The position numbers were made by a program, and so were the translations under genes. 64,000 nucleotides of DNA. It comes from an uncultured Spirochaetia bacterium. GTDB taxonomy: Bacteria; Desulfobacterota_D; UBA1144; Nemesobacterales; JADFKM01. Shown here one piece after another: positions 13,069 through 22,220 of the stretch (its first letter is position 1; each line of letters begins with the position of its first letter). The stretch is taken from assembly GCA_964639895.1 (NCBI GenBank), contig CAZXEJ010000001.1:60237-124236 (forward strand), read 5' to 3'. A model generated the notes under the pieces. The model saw only the letters and a list, made by a program, of their open reading frames with translations. It made no database searches and was not told the DNA's origin.

Positions 13069-14130
13069 GCCAGGGGGAGCATTCTCGGCGGTCGTGCGGG
13101 GGGAAGGTACAGCCAGCCCCCGCGGTTATGGCGCAAGGTGTAGCTGCGTTGCTGTCGCCAACATGGCTGTCCGTCCCAGCCGGAAAGAGTGGTGCGGCCA
13201 CACTTACCGTCCCCACTGCAAACCGACTGGGCGGACCGCGCCCCCCCCGGGAGGAGTTTGGCCCCTGCGACGAAGGGGGAAGCGGCCGACCATGACGGCC
13301 CGGAGCACATTCCCCTACCCCGCACCGGACACCCACGGAAACGCCAGGGCGGGAGTATGAGCGGGAAACGAATTTCGGGCGATGCGTCACGTAGATGGCC
13401 TCCATCCCGACCGTACCCTCCAAGAGTCGTACGGCGCACCCGAACGGCCAGCCGTCGCACCACGCGGCGCCTCCCTGCGGCGCCCGGTACCCCCGAGGAG
13501 GTTGCCCGCATCAATCCCGTGGCCACCTCTCCCATCCCAGCAGACACGTTTGCGAGAGAGCGGTTCACTCTGCTCTCTCATCCCCTACGGCACCATCGCC
13601 GTGCGGACAACTGCGGCGGGAGGCTCATTATCTGCTCGCACGCTACCCCCCGCCTGAGCCGTCGCAACCGCGACCGCTCCAACCACCATAATCCATCCGC
13701 CGTAGCCCACCGTGATGCCACCCTACCCCTACCGCCTCCGACCTCTCTCTCGCGGCACTACTTAGTATGGTTGTTCCCTTGGACCCTTCCGGCGGTTCTC
13801 CCACCAGTAATAGGGCGCGAGCATCCGGACCCTCCACCCACAGCAGGCAGGCGGCTGCACCAGGGGGGATAGGGGCGGGCTTTACCGATCGGTGAGGACT
13901 ACAGGAAAGAGGGCCGTACCCCCCTCTCCCGTACTGCTCAATCAACCCCTCCAGCGGCGACAATCAGGTACGCACAAAGAGACTAGTTTCCCTATCCACC
14001 TCTCTCCGGCGGTGCCAGCGGGCCAGGACACGCACGATGAGAGCGTAGAAACCAACACCGGGGGCATCCCTTACACCCGGCGCGGTGGCACAATACGGCC
14101 CCCCTACACACAGGGCACGGGTTGCGGCCT

Positions 14131-15294
14131 TCATCGCCCCGATACCGCCTCAGACATGAGTGTACGGACGGCCTCGGCCACCTCGGCGGGCGATATGGAG
14201 GCAAGACACTCCACCCCGCGGGGGCAGGGCGGCGTGTAGCCGAACCGCGTGCAAGGACTACATGGAAGGCGCTTGTTTACCACGCGTGCGGCCCCGCCGC
14301 GGGGGGCCCACTTAGCCTCTACACCTGCGCCGAACAGCGCGACGACGGGCGTACCCACACCGGCCGCTATGTGCATTAGGCCGCTGTCGGCCGTAACGAG
14401 GAGGTCTATCGCAGCCACAAGACGCGGCGTATCACGCAGCTCTACGGCGCCCGTCAGGTCCAACGCCCCCTCGCCGCCCACAGCCTCAACCACGCGGCGC
14501 CCGGCCTCTCTCTCAGACCTCCCGCCCAGCACCGCGACGCCGTAACCCATCTGGGCCAACACGCCGGCCAGAGAGACGAACCTTTCCTCCCCCCAACGCC
14601 TTTCCCTCACGCTCCCTCCCGGGAACAGGCCCACGACGGAACCCCTGCGCCGGCGCAACCCGTTGAGCCGTCCCACCCACATCGGCTCTCCCCCCTCCTC
14701 GGGCCGGTGCGGGAATATGAACGCCCGCTCGGGATCGAACACGCCGACATCGCCCCCCACGGCGGCGGCCGCAAGCCTGAGGAAGCTTACGGCCTCGTAC
14801 TCCTCGTGGTCGTAGGGCACTGCGGTCGAGAACATCCGGCGCCTCTCGTTGGTTGCGAACCCCACCCGGCGCGGGGCGCGTGTCAGCCACGCGACGAGCG
14901 CCGAGAGACGGTGCCACTGCTCGGTGTCGATTACCACATCGTAGCGCGTCCGGAGAACGGAGAAGAGTCCGTGTGCAGAGTCGTACGTATGGAGGGCGTC
15001 CACGTAGGGGCATGCCTCAAGAAGACCCGCATTCCTCTTCTCGCAGAGGACGTCGATGCTCCCGACGGAGGGTTCCTCGCTCAGCCTGCGCAGAGCGGGC
15101 CACAGGAGCGCGGCGTCCCCTATACCGCCCGGCCTTATGACAAGCACGCGCAACGGTCCGCCGGGCCGCGGAGGCGCCGTGCGCGGCGGCACCACTACGC
15201 GCGCCAGCAGGCACAACGGTCCTCCGAGAATGGAATCGAGCCGCTTGAGAACGGTCCTCTTTACGTACACACTGCCTCCGCACTTGGCCCCCAC
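14131..15294 (-). CDS. glycosyltransferase family 9 (ADP-heptose:LPS heptosyltransferase-like)
   Basis: 387 aa. RVLVIRPGGIGDAL.. N-terminal motif and the C-terminal DSGLMHIAAGVGTPVVALFG motif of GT9 enzymes. Confidence 0.85.
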   Translation of the reverse strand: MGAKCGGSVYVKRTVLKRLDSILGGPLCLLARVVVPPRTAPPRPGGPLRVLVIRPGGIGDAALLWPALRRLSEEPSVGSIDVLCEKRNAGLLEACPYVDALHTYDSAHGLFSVLRTRYDVVIDTEQWHRLSALVAWLTRAPRRVGFATNERRRMFSTAVPYDHEEYEAVSFLRLAAAAVGGDVGVFDPERAFIFPHRPEEGGEPMWVGRLNGLRRRRGSVVGLFPGGSVRERRWGEERFVSLAGVLAQMGYGVAVLGGRSEREAGRRVVEAVGGEGALDLTGAVELRDTPRLVAAIDLLVTADSGLMHIAAGVGTPVVALFGAGVEAKWAPRGGAARVVNKRLPCSPCTRFGYTPPCPRGVECLASISPAEVAEAVRTLMSEAVSGR

Positions 15295-15306
15295 CCGCCC
15301 TTGCTC

Positions 15307-16374
15307 TCAGCGGGTGTCCTTCACCGTGCCGGTCTCAGGGTCGTATCGGAACTCCTCACCCAGCGGGTGCTTGGGGAACTCGACCGTCTTGTCCTTGAGG
15401 ACGAACCGTTTGAGCTCGTCCAGGTCGCTGGGATATCGGCCGTACAGAGTCTTGAACCGCTGGGCGCGCGCCGTAAGAAACCCCGCCGCCTGGAGCAGCT
15501 CCTCGTCGACCAGAGCCGAACTCCTGATCCCCCGCAGACGCGGTGCCACGATGAAGGTGCCGCCCATCGGATCAGACGGCACGCGGTCGATGAGCCCCGC
15601 GGCCACAAGCTCCTCGACGTCGTTGGGCAGGCGGCCGTGCAGCCTCTCGAACTCCCGAGCCTTCTCGGTGAGCATACGCTCCAGCCTGCGCGACTCTATC
15701 TCGTTGAGCCTCCTCAGCGCGAACTTACGCCTGCCCTCGTTCGAGGAGTTCTCGTATATGTAGAGCCACACCCTTCGCGCAAGCTCCTCCTTTCCGCCCC
15801 TGGAGAGGGCCAGCGCCGCCATCCCCCTCAACGACGCGCGCCGGAAATCGCTGAGCCCGGGTTTGGATGCGGCTTCGGAGAAGAGCTCGGCCGCCTTCCG
15901 GTAGTCCTTCTTGTAGAGCATCCAGATGAAGGCCTCTTCGAGCGGGATGCGGAAGTTGTCGGGCAGGTTGGCACGTCCCTTATCGTAAAGCTTTATCCCG
16001 AGGTCGGTGGCTCCCAGCCCGATGGGGGGGAGGTCGGCGAGGAAGGTACCCCCGTAACGGTAGGCGTTGACGAACCCCGGGTCGAGGTCGGTTATGATGT
16101 CGAAGTACTTGTACAGCTCCTGCGGGTCAAGCTCTTCGATGGAGCTGCCGCCGAAGTACTGCAGCGCCCGCAACCAGTAGAGGTCGGCCAGCACCTCGTC
16201 GTATCCCAGCGATAACCTCTTGAGCGCCGCCGAGCTCATATACAGCGTCCCCCGTATGACGGCCTTCCTACCACGTGCATGATCGATCGAACGCTGCAAC
16301 GGGAGTGAGAGGGCGATTAGAGCTCCAACGACGACCACGGCCGCCCAGGGACGCCTGTTGAAGAAACCGAGCAT
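15307..16374 (-). CDS. membrane-anchored hypothetical protein with helical-repeat region and GspG-like C-terminal motifs
   Basis: 355 aa. N-terminal TM helix. The C-terminus carries two copies of a pseudopilin GspG-like motif (VPSDPMGGTF and KHPLGEEFRYDPETGTV). 12-13 nt gaps to both neighbours imply co-transcription with the ABC transporter and the GT9 gene. Confidence 0.6.
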   Translation of the reverse strand: MLGFFNRRPWAAVVVVGALIALSLPLQRSIDHARGRKAVIRGTLYMSSAALKRLSLGYDEVLADLYWLRALQYFGGSSIEELDPQELYKYFDIITDLDPGFVNAYRYGGTFLADLPPIGLGATDLGIKLYDKGRANLPDNFRIPLEEAFIWMLYKKDYRKAAELFSEAASKPGLSDFRRASLRGMAALALSRGGKEELARRVWLYIYENSSNEGRRKFALRRLNEIESRRLERMLTEKAREFERLHGRLPNDVEELVAAGLIDRVPSDPMGGTFIVAPRLRGIRSSALVDEELLQAAGFLTARAQRFKTLYGRYPSDLDELKRFVLKDKTVEFPKHPLGEEFRYDPETGTVKDTR

Positions 16375-16387
16375 CTCTCCCTCCTGC

Positions 16388-17224
16388 CTACTTGAACTCC
16401 CTCTTGTTGAAGATCACGATGGAGAGGAAGAGCAGCGCGGCGGTGTAGAGCGCCACGTAACAGGTGACGAGGAAGGCGTACTTCCAGCCTATGTATCCGC
16501 CGTAGACCGCCTCCGCCCTCATGTCAAGGGCGTCCAGATGGGGCAGTATAACGTAGACGAACTGGGTGACGGCCTTGGCCAGAGGGGCCTTTACCTCCTC
16601 GGCGAAGAGTCTGACGTCCGAGGCAAACCGGCCGGCTGCGAAGGTGAGGAAACACAGCAACACCGTCATGACAGGTGTGGTGAAGGTGGAAAACAGTATG
16701 GCAAGAGCGACCAGCACCAGGAACTCGAGGTACTCGAAGTAGATGGCCGTGAAATACTGCGGGTAGTGGCTGCCACCGTAGTAGAACCGGGATATGCCGC
16801 CGTGTGTGGTCTCAACCAGCAACACAAGCGCCGTAAGGACGGCCGCCATGGCCAGAGTGTTGACGAACAGGGTGAACGACAGGCCGAAGAACTTGCCGAG
16901 AATGAACTCGAACCGCCGCACCGGCTTGGAGAATATGTTGTAGACCGTCCTCTTGTCTATCTCCTTGAAGACGAGACCCATCCCCAGGAAGACGGAGATC
17001 ATTATCCCTATCACGGAGATTGCGGCGAGACCTATGTCCTTTACGATCTTGCCGTACTGCTCGGCCGATATGGAGGCGATCACCAGCGAGCTCAGGATCA
17101 TGAGCGCCGCAAAGAGGAACAGGCTGTAGAGCACCCTGTCCCGTATGGCCTCCGTAAACGTGTTCTTGGCGACCGACCAGACCCTCGAGAACGATCCCTT
17201 CACAGCACACCTATTGCCGCTCAT
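16388..17224 (-). CDS. ABC-2 family transporter permease
   Basis: 6-TM hydrophobic protein. The ORF track shows a longer 317-aa ORF to 17341 that overlaps the ATPase gene. A start at the internal Met (MSGNRCAV..) or the nearby GTG is more plausible. Confidence 0.8.
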   Translation of the reverse strand: MSGNRCAVKGSFSRVWSVAKNTFTEAIRDRVLYSLFLFAALMILSSLVIASISAEQYGKIVKDIGLAAISVIGIMISVFLGMGLVFKEIDKRTVYNIFSKPVRRFEFILGKFFGLSFTLFVNTLAMAAVLTALVLLVETTHGGISRFYYGGSHYPQYFTAIYFEYLEFLVLVALAILFSTFTTPVMTVLLCFLTFAAGRFASDVRLFAEEVKAPLAKAVTQFVYVILPHLDALDMRAEAVYGGYIGWKYAFLVTCYVALYTAALLFLSIVIFNKREFK

Positions 17225-18119
17225 TCTTGAACAACTCTTCCAGCGGTTTTCTGCTCGGGTAGAGAGAAACGACCTCGGCACCTCCATCGACGACGGCCTT
17301 GAGCACGCGTCCCTTGGCCTCCTCGGGGAAGCTGAGAACAACCATGCCCGCTCTCTCGCTCACCTCCACGCCGAGGCCGGCCAGGTGCGCGACCATCTCG
17401 TCGTCCACGCCGGCAAGCAGCATCTCGTAGCCCGCGCGCACCTCTTTGATAAGCTCTCCCAGCGTACCTTCCTTGACCGTCCTGCCGTGCATTATCACCC
17501 CCACCCTGTCGCACAGCGCCTCGAGATCGGAGAGGATGTGGGAACTGAGCACGATGGTCTTGCCCCGACTCTTCTCTTCCACGATGACGTCCTTCATCTC
17601 GCGCTGGCCCACCGGATCGAGGCCGCTCATAGGCTCGTCGAGGACCAGGAAGTCGGGATCGTTGATAAGTGCCTGAGCAATGCCTATCCGCTGTAACATC
17701 CCTTTGGAATACTTGCGCAGCTGAACCCCGCGGGCATGGGTGAGCTTGACCTTCTCCAGAAGCTCGTCCACACGCACCCTCAGCCTGCGGTGGGGGATGC
17801 CGTGCAGCTCGCCGACGTAGCGGAGCAGTTCTTCGCCGGTCAGATAGTCGTAAAAGTATGGGTTCTCGGGCAGGTATCCCAGGCGGGCCTTTAGACCGAC
17901 GTCGGTATGGGGCCTTCCCATTATCTCGATCGCACCCGAGGTGGGCTCGGAGAAACCGAGCATCACCTTGAAGGTGGTGGTCTTGCCGGCGCCGTTGTGG
18001 CCCACGAAGCCGTAGATCTCACCCCGATGAACGGTGAGGTTCACGTCGTGCAGCACACGGACCTTGCTCCTGAAGAAACCCGTTTTGTACTCCTTGACCA
18101 GACCTCGGATCTTGAGCAT
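17211..18119 (-). CDS. ABC transporter ATP-binding protein
   Basis: Walker A GHNGAGKTTTFKVMLG, ABC signature and Walker B LVLDEPMSGLD. Start taken at MLKIRGLVKEY (Met 11 of the tracked ORF). Confidence 0.9.
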   Translation of the reverse strand: MLKIRGLVKEYKTGFFRSKVRVLHDVNLTVHRGEIYGFVGHNGAGKTTTFKVMLGFSEPTSGAIEIMGRPHTDVGLKARLGYLPENPYFYDYLTGEELLRYVGELHGIPHRRLRVRVDELLEKVKLTHARGVQLRKYSKGMLQRIGIAQALINDPDFLVLDEPMSGLDPVGQREMKDVIVEEKSRGKTIVLSSHILSDLEALCDRVGVIMHGRTVKEGTLGELIKEVRAGYEMLLAGVDDEMVAHLAGLGVEVSERAGMVVLSFPEEAKGRVLKAVVDGGAEVVSLYPSRKPLEELFKNERQ

Positions 18120-18318
18120 GGCGCTGAAGGCGAAACAGTGCGAGACCAAACGTCCAGCGGGCAGCGCCCCACCGGGGGCATCGTGCCATTTAACTATAAA
18201 CCATTCAATCTCTCACCCAAAATCACCTTCGCCGTTCCCTGCTCAGGCTCCCTCATAGGCGGCGGGAAAGATGAGTGCAGGCCGCCGGACGAACTCGCAG
18301 GCCGCCGGCGGGTAAGGA

Positions 18319-18918
18319 TCAGTCACACTTGGTGGAATTGAACTTGTTCGATTCGAACTTGCCCGGCAAACCGGTCGATACCGAGCCAAGGCTGCAGCGT
18401 ATGACGCCGTCAGAATAGACCGAAAAGTCCTTGCGGCCGGTCTTGCGCATCTGTACCGGCGATGCCTGCCAGCCGAAGTCGTCGTAGTACCCGCTACCCG
18501 AGGGCAGGATGTTGGCGGAGTCGAACTGTATGCAGTAGCCCGCCTTGGGCCTCGCGCACAACGCCGTTCCGGCCGAGGTCGCAACGGCGGATATGAAGGT
18601 GTCGTCTATAAGTTCGTCCTCCCGCGTGCAGCCGGCCCTTGGGCATACGAGCGAACCCGGCGTCGTCCTGTCGCCGATGAGATTGGTGTAATCGAGAACC
18701 TGGTTCTCGTCCAGGTCCTGCTCGAAGTACTCCCCCTCGGCGTCCCTCAGCGTCTGCAGCGCCTTTCGCGCGCTGGCCTCGTTGGCGCTGATTCGCGCCT
18801 TCATGAGGTTCGGCACGGCTATGGCGGTAAGGATGGAGATGATCGCGACCACGGCCAGAAGCTCGACCAGAGTAAAGCCCCTCGCTCCAACGTAACCCCT
18901 GACGTACCGATAGTCCAT
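18319..18918 (-). CDS. type IV pilin (prepilin-type N-terminal cleavage/methylation domain)
   Basis: 200 aa from MDYRYVRGYVGARG|FTLVELLAVVAIISILTAIAVPNL, the class III signal with G-1/F+1 and E+5. AAGGGGG Shine-Dalgarno upstream. C-terminal Cys pairs. The tracked ORF extends spuriously upstream to 19287. Confidence 0.85.
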   Translation of the reverse strand: MDYRYVRGYVGARGFTLVELLAVVAIISILTAIAVPNLMKARISANEASARKALQTLRDAEGEYFEQDLDENQVLDYTNLIGDRTTPGSLVCPRAGCTREDELIDDTFISAVATSAGTALCARPKAGYCIQFDSANILPSGSGYYDDFGWQASPVQMRKTGRKDFSVYSDGVIRCSLGSVSTGLPGKFESNKFNSTKCD

Positions 18919-19346
18919 ACTTCCGTACCCCCTTAGCCTGAGCTGTGTGCGGCCGCAAGGCCGGATGAGCCCGACATCAAGCAGAACGTCCGCCCTGAAC
19001 GCCGGCCGGATCCCCACCACCTGCTCCTGGACACGCAGACCCCATCCTGAACGTTGCCAACGGACGGCTACGACCGCGCCCTGACCCACGTACGGACACC
19101 GAGGCCGATGGCACACCGGACGACGCTTCGAGAGGAGATCAGTCATCCCCAAAGCGGGGGCACCCCCCCGGGGGGATGGGAGGGCACCGCTATCCGAAAC
19201 TTCAAGCCGCCACCTTCCCCACTTGGGACAAACCGATATGGAGGGCGGAGAACGTTCGGCCGTCGTCCTTCCACCCTCCGATCGCAACTACGCTGCACTG
19301 CAACACATCTGCACCCTCGTCGGCGTGCGACCACGGAACCCTATCA

Positions 19347-19937
19347 TCAGTCGCATGCGCCGTCGTTACGGTCCGCCTCGAAGGTCCCCGGGTTGCCTGT
19401 AGTCGAGGTGCTCACGCTGCACCTTATAACGCCGTCGGCGTAGACGGCGAAGTCCCTACGACCCGTCTTCCTGAACGACGTCATCGAGGCCTGCCAGCCG
19501 AAGTCCTGGAACACCGCCGGCGTCCCAACGGCCGTCACGCTCGTGTCCCACTGTATGCAATAGCCTGCCTTGGGTCCGCTGCAGGTGGCCGTACCGGTGG
19601 CGTCGGATGCGGCTTCGAAGCTGTCGTCGATGAGGGCGTCCTCCTCCTGAGCAGTCCCTTCGGGGTCTCGCAGCGAGGGAGAGGTCCCCAGGGAACCGAT
19701 GGTGTCGATATAGTCCCTGACACCGTTGTTGTCGAGGTCCTGCTCGAAGTACTCGCCCTCGGCGTCCCTCAAGGTCTGTAGAGCCTTGCGGGCGTTGGCC
19801 TCGTTCGCCGAAATCCTCGCCTTTATGAGGTTCGGTATGGCGATGGCGAGAAGGATCCCGATGATGGCCGCCACGACGAGCAGCTCGATCAGGGTGAAAC
19901 CCTTCTCCCCTTTGATAGACCTGAGTGGGTGGAACAT
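19347..19937 (-). CDS. type IV pilin (major pilin candidate, PilA-like)
   Basis: 196 aa. MFHPLRSIKGEKG|FTLIELLVVAAIIGILLAIAIPNL. Paralog of the downstream pilin, with the shared block ARISANEA.ARKALQTLRDAEGEYFEQDLD and a C-terminal disulfide loop. Confidence 0.9.
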   Translation of the reverse strand: MFHPLRSIKGEKGFTLIELLVVAAIIGILLAIAIPNLIKARISANEANARKALQTLRDAEGEYFEQDLDNNGVRDYIDTIGSLGTSPSLRDPEGTAQEEDALIDDSFEAASDATGTATCSGPKAGYCIQWDTSVTAVGTPAVFQDFGWQASMTSFRKTGRRDFAVYADGVIRCSVSTSTTGNPGTFEADRNDGACD

Positions 19938-19973
19938 AGTTCACCTCCATTGAACAGTCTTTGGCTGCTTATA

Positions 19974-19992
19974 GTACAAGTAACGTGCCACT
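19974..19992 (-). promoter_or_regulatory. sigma54-like -24/-12 promoter candidate upstream of the pilin gene
   Basis: On the minus strand this reads TGGCACGTTACTTGTA: a perfect GG (-24) element with correct GG-N10 spacing to a -12 TTGT (consensus TTGC). It lies about 40 nt upstream of the pilin start. Confidence 0.35.
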
Positions 19993-20071
19993 CGCCGCTT
20001 CGGCTGGCCGTCGCAACATCCGGAAATCGTTGACATTATGAGTGCGTAAAAATTAGGCACTTCCGGATCCC

Positions 20072-20119
20072 TGACAATTTTTGTCAAGATAGGCCCCGAT
20101 CGGCTGACAATCTTTGTCC
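20072..20119. promoter_or_regulatory. two TGACAA-N3-TTGTCA palindromes (candidate enhancer or operator sites)
   Basis: TGACAAtttTTGTCA (perfect, 20072-20086) and TGACAAtctTTGTCc (20105-20119), centres 33 bp apart, located 80-130 bp upstream of the sigma54-like element. Confidence 0.3.
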
Positions 20120-20323
20120 CAAATCGCTACGATATTTGCTCGTATTGAAGGAATATTAAGGGGAAAACCTCATGACCAACTTTAAGTCAGCGAGAGCGTC
20201 CCTGTAGAAATCGACTCCCATTTGCTCTATAATGGGTTGCCCGCGACGATGCTGCGTGCGGCACTGCTGGAACCGCGGCCCCGCATATCCGGGCGAAGAC
20301 CACGACAGGGGGAGACACGAACT

Positions 20324-20866
20324 ATGGGACGCTTTCCAAGACCCCTTACAGCCGCGGCGATACTGTCCGCGGCGCTGCTGGCCGTAGGATGCGGCGACCT
20401 GAAGACCGTCTCCTACATCGCCCCCACCAGCACCAAACTAAGCAGTTACAACTACGTCGAAGTGGCGACGTTCGAGACCGAAGTAGAAGACGTACCCGAC
20501 GAGGCGCTCGACCTGCTGCCCAAGGCGGTGGCAAAGGAGATAAGAAAAGCCAATCTGGGCTTCAAGCAGGTCGTATGGGGGGACGAGGAGTTGCCCTACG
20601 AAAAGGGGGTCTTCGTTATATTCGGCACCATCGTCGACTACCAGCCGGGAACCGAACTGAGGGCCGAGGGGGGGAGTATCAAGTTCGGTGAAGCCGCCCT
20701 CACTGTGAGGCTCAGCATAGTGGACAAGGCCACGGGACGAGAGATCACCAACGGCGAGATAAACAGCTCCAGTTCGCTCGGTTTCCTCAAGCGTGGCTTC
20801 ATAACGCCGGGCGTGTACGAGGCCATAGCCAGAGAAGTGGTCAAATTCATAAAGGACAACAGCTAG
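20324..20866 (+). CDS. hypothetical lipoprotein
   Basis: Start at MGRFPRPLTAAAILSAALLAVGC, giving a lipobox LAVGC. A TATAAT lies about 90 nt upstream. 180 aa, no recognised domain. Confidence 0.6.
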   Translation: MGRFPRPLTAAAILSAALLAVGCGDLKTVSYIAPTSTKLSSYNYVEVATFETEVEDVPDEALDLLPKAVAKEIRKANLGFKQVVWGDEELPYEKGVFVIFGTIVDYQPGTELRAEGGSIKFGEAALTVRLSIVDKATGREITNGEINSSSSLGFLKRGFITPGVYEAIAREVVKFIKDNS

Positions 20867-20876
20867 CCGCCCCCAT

Positions 20877-22184
20877 TCAGGCGGCATGGTAGACCAGGTA
20901 CAGCACCGAAAGCGCTCCCACCACCCACATGACGGGCGACACCTCCCTCCACCTCATACCCAGAACCAGTAAGGCGATGTGGGTGAGGACGCCGAAACAT
21001 ATTCCGGTCGCGATGCTGAACGTAAGCGGCATGAGCATCAACGTTACGAACGCCGGAGCCCCGCTCTCCCAGGAAGTGAAATCGATCTCGGCCAGGTGGC
21101 GCATCATGTACATTCCCACCAGAACGAGGGCTACACCCGTGGCATAGGGGGGCACGACGGCCACCACCCCGGCGAAGAACGGCGCCGCCAGGAACAACAC
21201 ACCCGTCACCACGGCGGCAAGCCCGGTGCGGCCGCCCGTCGCGACGCCGGCCGAGGACTCTATATAGGTGGTCACCGTGGAGGTGCCCAGAAGAGAACCC
21301 ACCACGGTGGCGGCGGCGTCGGCCACCATCATCTCCCTCAGCCCCTTGATCCTTCCGTCCTCAACGAAACCCGCCTGATAGCAGAGTGCAGTCAGCGAGC
21401 CCAGGCTGTCGAACATGTCGACGTAGAGGAAGATGAAGATGGCGACCCAGTACGAGGGCGCAAGCGCCGCCGCAACGTCCAGCTGCAGGGCCACGGGCCC
21501 GACGGACGGTGGAAGCGAGAGAATACGCTCCGGCGGCGCGACCCAGCCGGCAAGCAGTCCTACGACCGTGACGGCCACTACAACGATGAGCAGGCTTCCC
21601 GGCACACGCCGCTGCTCGAGCACGACGGCAGCCACCACTCCGACCAAGGCCACGGCCGTGGCCGGGGTGATGGGGCCCAGTGTGACGACGGTCGTGGGGC
21701 TTGACTTTACGACGCCCATGTTGATGAAGCCGATCAGCGCTATGAACAGCCCAATTCCGACCACGATACCGGCCCTCAAGGCGGGGGGGACGGCATAGAG
21801 CACCCTCTCCCTCAGTCCCCACAACGAGAGTAGAAGGAAAAGCACACCCGACAACAACACGATACCCAACGCCACCTGCCACTCCACCCCGCCGCGTACA
21901 CACAACGAGTAGGCGAAGTAGGCGTTGAGCCCCATTCCGGGAGCAAGTATGATGGGCATGCGGGCGAGCAGCGCCATCAAGAAGCACCCGGCAGCCGCCG
22001 CATAGGAGGTGGCTGCCACGAGTGCACCCTTGGGCATGCCGGCCGCAGAGAGGATGTGAGGGTTGACGGCCACTATGTAACCGGCGGCCAGAAAGTTGAC
22101 CACGCCGGCCGCCACCTCGGTGCCGGGACGCCATTTACCCCTCAACTCCGGTCGAACGAGAAAGCGCTCAAGGAGTCTCAACAT
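20877..22184 (-). CDS. NCS2 family purine permease (AzgA-like)
   Basis: 435 aa polytopic membrane protein. VNPHILSAAGMPKGALVAATSYAAAAGCFLMAL.. and LNAYFAYS motifs typical of guanine/hypoxanthine permeases. Confidence 0.9.
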   Translation of the reverse strand: MLRLLERFLVRPELRGKWRPGTEVAAGVVNFLAAGYIVAVNPHILSAAGMPKGALVAATSYAAAAGCFLMALLARMPIILAPGMGLNAYFAYSLCVRGGVEWQVALGIVLLSGVLFLLLSLWGLRERVLYAVPPALRAGIVVGIGLFIALIGFINMGVVKSSPTTVVTLGPITPATAVALVGVVAAVVLEQRRVPGSLLIVVVAVTVVGLLAGWVAPPERILSLPPSVGPVALQLDVAAALAPSYWVAIFIFLYVDMFDSLGSLTALCYQAGFVEDGRIKGLREMMVADAAATVVGSLLGTSTVTTYIESSAGVATGGRTGLAAVVTGVLFLAAPFFAGVVAVVPPYATGVALVLVGMYMMRHLAEIDFTSWESGAPAFVTLMLMPLTFSIATGICFGVLTHIALLVLGMRWREVSPVMWVVGALSVLYLVYHAA

Positions 22185-22220
22185 CTGCCGACTCGACGGT
22201 GCCCGGCGGCCCTAGGGGCT

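Noticed and set aside
13069-14130. tmRNA / SRP RNA / tRNA in the 1-kb convergent gap
   Set aside because: I looked for a T-arm (GGTTCGA..TCC), a CCA-end acceptor pairing, a tag-peptide reading frame and the SRP domain IV motif on both strands. None was found by eye. Left as unexplained noncoding sequence rather than a called RNA.
14707-16215. 502-aa plus-strand ORF
   Set aside because: Antisense to the GT9 and accessory-protein genes. Low-complexity composition. Shadow ORF.
18919-19287. N-terminal 123-codon extension of the downstream pilin ORF
   Set aside because: Prepilins have short leaders. The extension is low-complexity. A Shine-Dalgarno plus ATG immediately precedes the MDYRYVRGYVGARG|F leader.
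19180-19300. Second sigma54 promoter between the two pilin genes
   Set aside because: Candidate GG/GC elements (TGGCACacc..., GGTGCA-N6-TTGCA) are either on the wrong strand or have GG-GC spacing of 12 instead of 10.
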